Shown here piece after piece: positions 57,501 to 64,000 of a stretch of 64,000 nt of DNA; the first letter of the stretch is position 1, and the number at the start of each line of letters is the position of its first letter. The notes under the pieces are model-generated. The model was given only the letters and a program-made list of their open reading frames with translations, made no database searches and was not told the DNA's origin. The DNA is from Eledone cirrhosa (Eukaryota), in contig OZ024740.1 of NCBI GenBank assembly GCA_964016885.1, positions 36,952,001-37,016,000 on the forward strand, read 5' to 3'. The translations under genes were made by a program, and so were the position numbers.

Positions 57501-60500
57501 GAGCTGAACTGTGGTTAAACAATATATATAATAGAATTGTATATGAGGGCTGACCTGTGGTTAAACAATGTATATTATAGAATTGTAGATCAGAGCTGAC
57601 CTGTGGTTAACCAATATATATTATAGAATTGTAGATCAGAGCTGTCCTCTGGTTAAACAATATATATTATAGAATTGTAGATCAGAGCTGATCTGTCGTT
57701 AAACAATATATATAATAGAATTGTATATGAGAGCTGACCTGTGGTTAAACAATATATATTATAGAATTGTAGATCAGAGCTGACCTGTGGTTAACCAATA
57801 TATATTATAGAATTGTAGATCAGAGCTGACCTGTGGTTAACCAATATATATTATAGAATTGTAGATCAGAGCTGTCCTCTGGTTAAACAATATATATTAT
57901 AGAATTGTAGATCAGAGCTGATCTGTCGTTAAACAATATATATAATAGAATTGTATATGAGAGCTGACCTGTGGTTAAACAATACATATTATAGAATTGT
58001 AGATCAGAGCTGACCTGTGGTTAAACAATATATATTATAGAATTGTAGATCAGAGCTGACCTGTGGTTAAACAATATATATTATAGAATTGTAGATCAGA
58101 GCTGACCTGTGGTTAAATAATACATATTATAGAATTGTAGATCAGAGCTGACCTGTGGTTAAACAATATATATTATAGAATTGTATATGAGAGCTGACCT
58201 GTGGTTAAACAATATATATTATAGAATTGTAGATCAGAGCTGACCTGTGGTTAAACAATATATATTATAGAATTGTAGATCAGAGCTGACCTGTGGTTAA
58301 ACAATATATATTATAGAATTGTAGATCAGAGCTGACCTGTGGTTAAACAATATATATTATAGAATTGTAGATCAGAGCTGACCTGTGGTTAAACAATATA
58401 TATTATAGAATTGTAGATCAGAGCTGACCTGTGGTTAAACAATATATATTATAGAATTGTAGATCAGAGCTGACCTGTGGTTAAACAATATATATTATAG
58501 AATTGTAGATCAGAGTTGTCCTGTGGTTAAACAATATATATTATAGAATTGTAGATCAGAGCTGACCTGTGGTTAAACAATATATATTATAGAATTGTAG
58601 ATCAGAGTTGTCCTGTGGTTAAACAATATATATTATAGAATTGTAGATCAGAGCTGACCTGTGGTTAAACAATATATATTATAGAATTGTAGATCAGAGC
58701 TGACCTGTGGTTAAACAATATATATTATAGAATTGTAGATCAGAGCTGACCTGTGGTTAAACAATATATATTATAGAATTGTAGATCAGAGTTGTCCTGT
58801 GGTTAAACAATATATATTATAGAATTGTAGATCAGAGCTGACCTGAGGTTAAACAATATATATTATAGAATTGTAGATCAGAGCTGACCTGTGGTTAAAC
58901 AATATATATTATAGAATTGTAGATCAGAGCTGACCTGTGGTTAAACAATATATATTATAGAATTGTAGATCAGAGCTGACCTGTGGTTAAACAATATATA
59001 TTATAGAATTGTAGATCAGAGCTGACCTGTGGTTAAACAATATATATTATAGAATTGTAGATCAGAGTTGTCCTGTGGTTAAACAATATATATTATAGAA
59101 TTGTAGATCAGAGCTGACCTGTGGTTAAACAATATATATTATCGAATTGTAGATAAGAGCTGTCCTGTGGTTAAACAATATGTATTATAGAATTGTAGAT
59201 CAGAGCTGACCTGTGGTTAAACAATATATATTATAGAATTGTAGATAAGAGCTGTCCTGTGGTTAAACAATATATATTATAGAATTGTAGATCAGAGCTG
59301 ACCTGTGGTTAAACAATATATATTATAGAATTGTAGATCAGAGCTGACCAGTGGTTAAATAATACATATTATAGAATTGTAGATAAGAGTTGTCCTGTGG
59401 TTAAACAATATATATTATAGAATTGTAGATCAGAGCTGACCTGTGGTTAAACAATATATATTATCGAATTGTAGATAAGAGCTGTCCTGTGGTTAAACAA
59501 TATGTATTATAGAATTGTAGATCAGAGCTGACCTGTGGTTAAACAATATATATTATAGAATTGTAGATAAGAGCTGTCCTGTGGTTAAACAATATATATT
59601 ATAGAATTGTAGATCAGAGCTGACCTGTGGTTAAACAATATATATTATCGAATTGTAGATAAGAGCTGTCCTGTGGTTAAACAATATATATAATAGAATT
59701 GTAGATCAGAGCTGACCTGTGGTTAAACAATATATATAATAGAATTGTAGATCAGAGCTGACCTGTGGTTAAACAATATATATAATAGAATTGTAGATCA
59801 GAGCTGACCTGTCGTTAAACAATATATATTATCGAATTGTAGATCAGAGCTGATCTGTCGTTAAACAATATATATAATAGAATTGTATATGAGGGCTGAC
59901 CTGTGGTTAAACAATATATATTATAGAATTGTAGATCAGAGCTGACCTGTGGTTAACCAATATATATTATAGAATTGTAGATCAGAGCTGTCCTCTGGTT
60001 AAACAATATATATTATAGAATTGTAGATCAGAGCTGATCTGTCGTTAAACAATATATATAATAGAATTGTATATGAGAGCTGACCTGTGGTTAAACAATA
60101 TATATTATAGAATTGTAGATCAGAGCTGACCTGTGGTTAACCAATATATATTATAGAATTGTAGATCAGAGCTGACCTGTGGTTAACCAATATATATTAT
60201 AGAATTGTAGATCAGAGCTGTCCTCTGGTTAAACAATATATATTATAGAATTGTAGATCAGAGCTGATCTGTCGTTAAACAATATATATAATAGAATTGT
60301 ATATGAGAGCTGACCTGTGGTTAAACAATACATATTCTAGAATTGTAGATCAGAGCTGACCTGTGGTTAAACAATATATATTATAGAATTGTAGATCAGA
60401 GCTGACCTGTGGTTAAACAATATATATTATAGAATTGTAGATCAGAGCTGACCTGTGGTTAAATAATACATATTATAGAATTGTAGATCAGAGCTGACCT

Positions 60501-63500
60501 GTGGTTAAACAATATATATTATAGAATTGTATATGAGAGCTGACCTGTGGTTAAACAATATATATTATAGAATTGTAGATCAGAGCTGACCTGTGGTTAA
60601 ACAATATATATTATAGAATTGTAGATCAGAGCTGACCTGTGGTTAAACAATATATATTATAGAATTGTAGATCAGAGCTGACCTGTGGTTAAACAATATA
60701 TATTATAGAATTGTAGATCAGAGCTGACCTGTGGTTAAACAATATATATTATAGAATTGTAGATCAGAGCTGACCTGTGGTTAAACAATATATATTATAG
60801 AATTGTAGATCAGAGCTGACCTGTGGTTAAACAATATATATTATAGAATTGTAGATCAGAGCTGACCTGTGGTTAAACAATATATATTATAGAATTGTAG
60901 ATCAGAGCTGTCCTGTGGTTAAACAATACATATTATAGAATTGTAGATCAGAGCTGACCTGTGGTTAAACAATATATATTATAGAATTGTAGATCAGAGC
61001 TGACCTGTGGTTAAATAATACATATTATAGAATTGTAGATCAGAGCTGACCTGTGGTTAAACAATATATATTATAGAATTGTAGATCAGAGCTGACCTGT
61101 GGTTAAACAATATATATTATAGAATTGTAGATCAGAGCTGTCCTGTGGTTAAACAATATATATTATAGAATTGTAGATCAGAGCTGTCCTGTGGTTAAAC
61201 AATACATATTATAGAATTGTAGATCAGAGCTGACCTGTGGTTAAACAATATATATTATAGAATTGTAGATCAGAGCTGACCTGTGGTTAAACAATATATA
61301 TTATAGAATTGTAGATCAGAGCTGACCTGTGGTTAAACAATATATATTATAGAATTGTAGATCAGAGCTGACCTGTGGTTAAATAATACATATTATAGAA
61401 TTGTAGATCAGAGCTGACCTGTGGTTAAACAATACATATTATAGAATTGTAGATCTAGATCAGTGCTGACCTGTGGTTAAACAATATATATTATAGAATT
61501 GTAGATCAGAGCTGACCTGTGGTTAAATAATACATATTATAGAATTGTAGATCAGAGCTGACCTGTGGTTAAACAATACATATTATAGAATTGTAGATCT
61601 AGATCAGTGCTGACCTGTGGTTAAACAATATATATTATAGAATTGTAGATCAGAGCTGACCTGTGGTTAAACAATATATATTATAGAATTGTAGATCAGA
61701 GCTGACCTGTGGTTAAACAATATATATTATAGAATTGTAGATCAGAGCTGACCTGTGGTTAAACAATATATATTATAGAATTGTAGATCAGAGCTGACCT
61801 GTGGTTAAACAATATATATTATAGAATTGTAGATCAGAGCTGACCTGTGGTTAAACAATATATATTATAGAATTGTAGATCAGAGCTGACCTGTGGTTAA
61901 ACAATATATATTATAGAATTGTAGATCAGAGCTGACCTGTGGTTAAACAATACATATTATAGAATTGTAGATCAGAGCTGACCTGTGGTTAAACAATATA
62001 TATTATAGAATTGTAGATCAGAGCTTACCTGTGGTTAAACAATATATATTATAGAATTGTAGATCAGAGCTGACCTGTGGTTAAATAATACATATTATAG
62101 AATTGTAGATCAGAGCTGACCTGTGGTTAAACAATATATATTATAGAATTGTAGATCAGAACTTACCTGTGGTTAACCAATATATATTATAGAATTGTAG
62201 ATCAGAGCTGACCTGTGGTTAAACAATATATATTATAGACTTGTAGATCAGAGCTGGCCTGAGGTTAATAATACATATTATAGAATTGTAGATCAGAGCT
62301 GACCTGTGGTTAAACAATATATAATATAGAATTGTAGATCAGAGCTGATCTGTGGTTAAACAATATATAATTTAGAATTGTATATCAGAGCTGACCTGTG
62401 GTTAAACAATATATATTATAGAATTGTAGATCAGAGCTGACCTGTGTTTAAACAATACATATTATAGAATTGTAGATCAGAGCTGACCTGTGGTTAAATA
62501 ATACATATTATAGAATTGTAGATCAGAGCTGACCTGTGGTTAAACAATATATATTATAGAATTGTAGATCAGAGCTGACCTGTGGTTAAACAATATATAT
62601 TATAGAATTGTAAATCAGAGCTGACCTGTGGTTAAACAATACATATTATAGAATTGTAGATCAGAGCTGACCTGTGGTTAAACAATATATATTATAGAAT
62701 TGTAGATCAGAGCTGACCTGTGATTAAACAATATATATTATAGAATTGTAGATGAGGGCTGACCTGTGGTTAAACAATATATATTATAGAATTGTAGATC
62801 AGAGCTGACCTGCAGTTAAACAATATATATTATAGTATTGTAGATCAGAGCTGACCTGTGGTTAAACAATATATATTATAGAATTGTAGATCAGAGCTGA
62901 CCTGCAGTTAAACAATATATATTATAGTATTGTAGATCAGAGCTGACCTGTGGTTAAACAATATATATTATAGAATTGTAGATCAGAGCTGACCTGCAGT
63001 TAAACAATATATATTATAGTATTGTAGATCAGAGCTGACCTGAGGTTAAACAATATATATTATAGAATTGTAGATCAGAGCTGACATGTGGTTAAATAAT
63101 ATATATTATAGAATTGTAGATCAGAGCTGACATGTGGTTAAATAATATATATTATAGAATTGTAGATCAGAGCTGTCCTGTGGTTAAACAATACATATTA
63201 TAGAATAGTAGATCAGAGCTGACCTGTGGTTAAACAATATATATTATAGAATTGTAGATCAGAGCTGACCTGTGGTTAAATAATACATATTATAGAATTG
63301 TAGATCAGAGCTGACCTGTGGTTAAACAATACATATTATAGAATTGTAGATCTAGATCAGTGCTGACCTGTGGTTAAACAATATATATTATAGAATTGTA
63401 GATCAGAGCTGACCTGTGGTTAAATAATACATATTATAGAATTGTAGATCAGAGCTGACCTGTGGTTAAACAATACATATTATAGAATTGTAGATCTAGA

Positions 63501-64000
63501 TCAGTGCTGACCTGTGGTTAAACAATATATATTATAGAATTGTAGATCAGAGCTGACCTGTGGTTAAACAATATATATTATAGAATTGTAGATCAGAGCT
63601 GACCTGTGGTTAAACAATATATATTATAGAATTGTAGATCAGAGCTGACCTGTGGTTAAACAATATATATTATAGAATTGTAGATCAGAGCTGACCTGTG
63701 GTTAAACAATATATATTATAGAATTGTAGATCAGAGCTGACCTGTGGTTAAACAATATATATTATAGAATTGTAGATCAGAGCTGACCTGTGGTTAAACA
63801 ATATATATTATAGAATTGTAGATCAGAGCTGACCTGTGGTTAAACAATACATATTATAGAATTGTAGATCAGAGCTGACCTGTGGTTAAACAATATATAT
63901 TATAGAATTGTAGATCAGAGCTTACCTGTGGTTAAACAATATATATTATAGAATTGTAGATCAGAGCTGACCTGTGGTTAAATAATACATATTATAGAAT
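15485..64000. repeat. 46-bp tandem satellite array, ~1050 copies, open at the window end; consensus GATCAGAGCTGACCTGTGGTTAAACAATATATATTATAGAATTGTA
   Basis: The period is read directly (GATC at 15541, 15587, 15633...). Head-to-tail and single orientation, with no interruptions seen. Monomers differ by 0-4 substitutions and rare 1-6 bp indels. Confidence 0.99.

Noticed and set aside
15485-64000. CRISPR array or coding tandem repeat
   Set aside because: There are no unique spacers and monomers are contiguous. 46 is not a multiple of 3, stops are frequent, and the ORF track is empty here.

Overview
Eukaryotic, repeat-only window with no host gene. An invertebrate source, possibly an octopus, is inferred from a Nin/Deu-domain SINE that I recognise from memory, not from a search. 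1-15.4 kb is a pile-up of non-LTR retrotransposons separated by (ATT/TAA)n microsatellite tracts. It holds two near-identical R4/Dong-clade elements on the - strand (Myb-like N-terminus, RT, CCHC, PD-(D/E)xK REL endonuclease) with complementary inactivating lesions, and two older R4/Dong fragments. It also holds one internally deleted L1/Tx1-clade element on the + strand (ORF1 zinc knuckle, APE, YADD RT) and SINE remnants. From ~15485 to the window end is a 46-bp satellite of roughly 1050 copies with multi-kb internal duplications (periods 1656, 1838, 1897 and 8475 bp) and a zoned variant structure. The most notable observations are: (i) APE-type and REL-type elements share the same (ATT)n target in opposite orientations; (ii) a >=21-bp target-site duplication fixes one insertion order; (iii) the first satellite monomer is in frame with a decayed Ty3/gypsy gag-like remnant, suggesting where the satellite was born.
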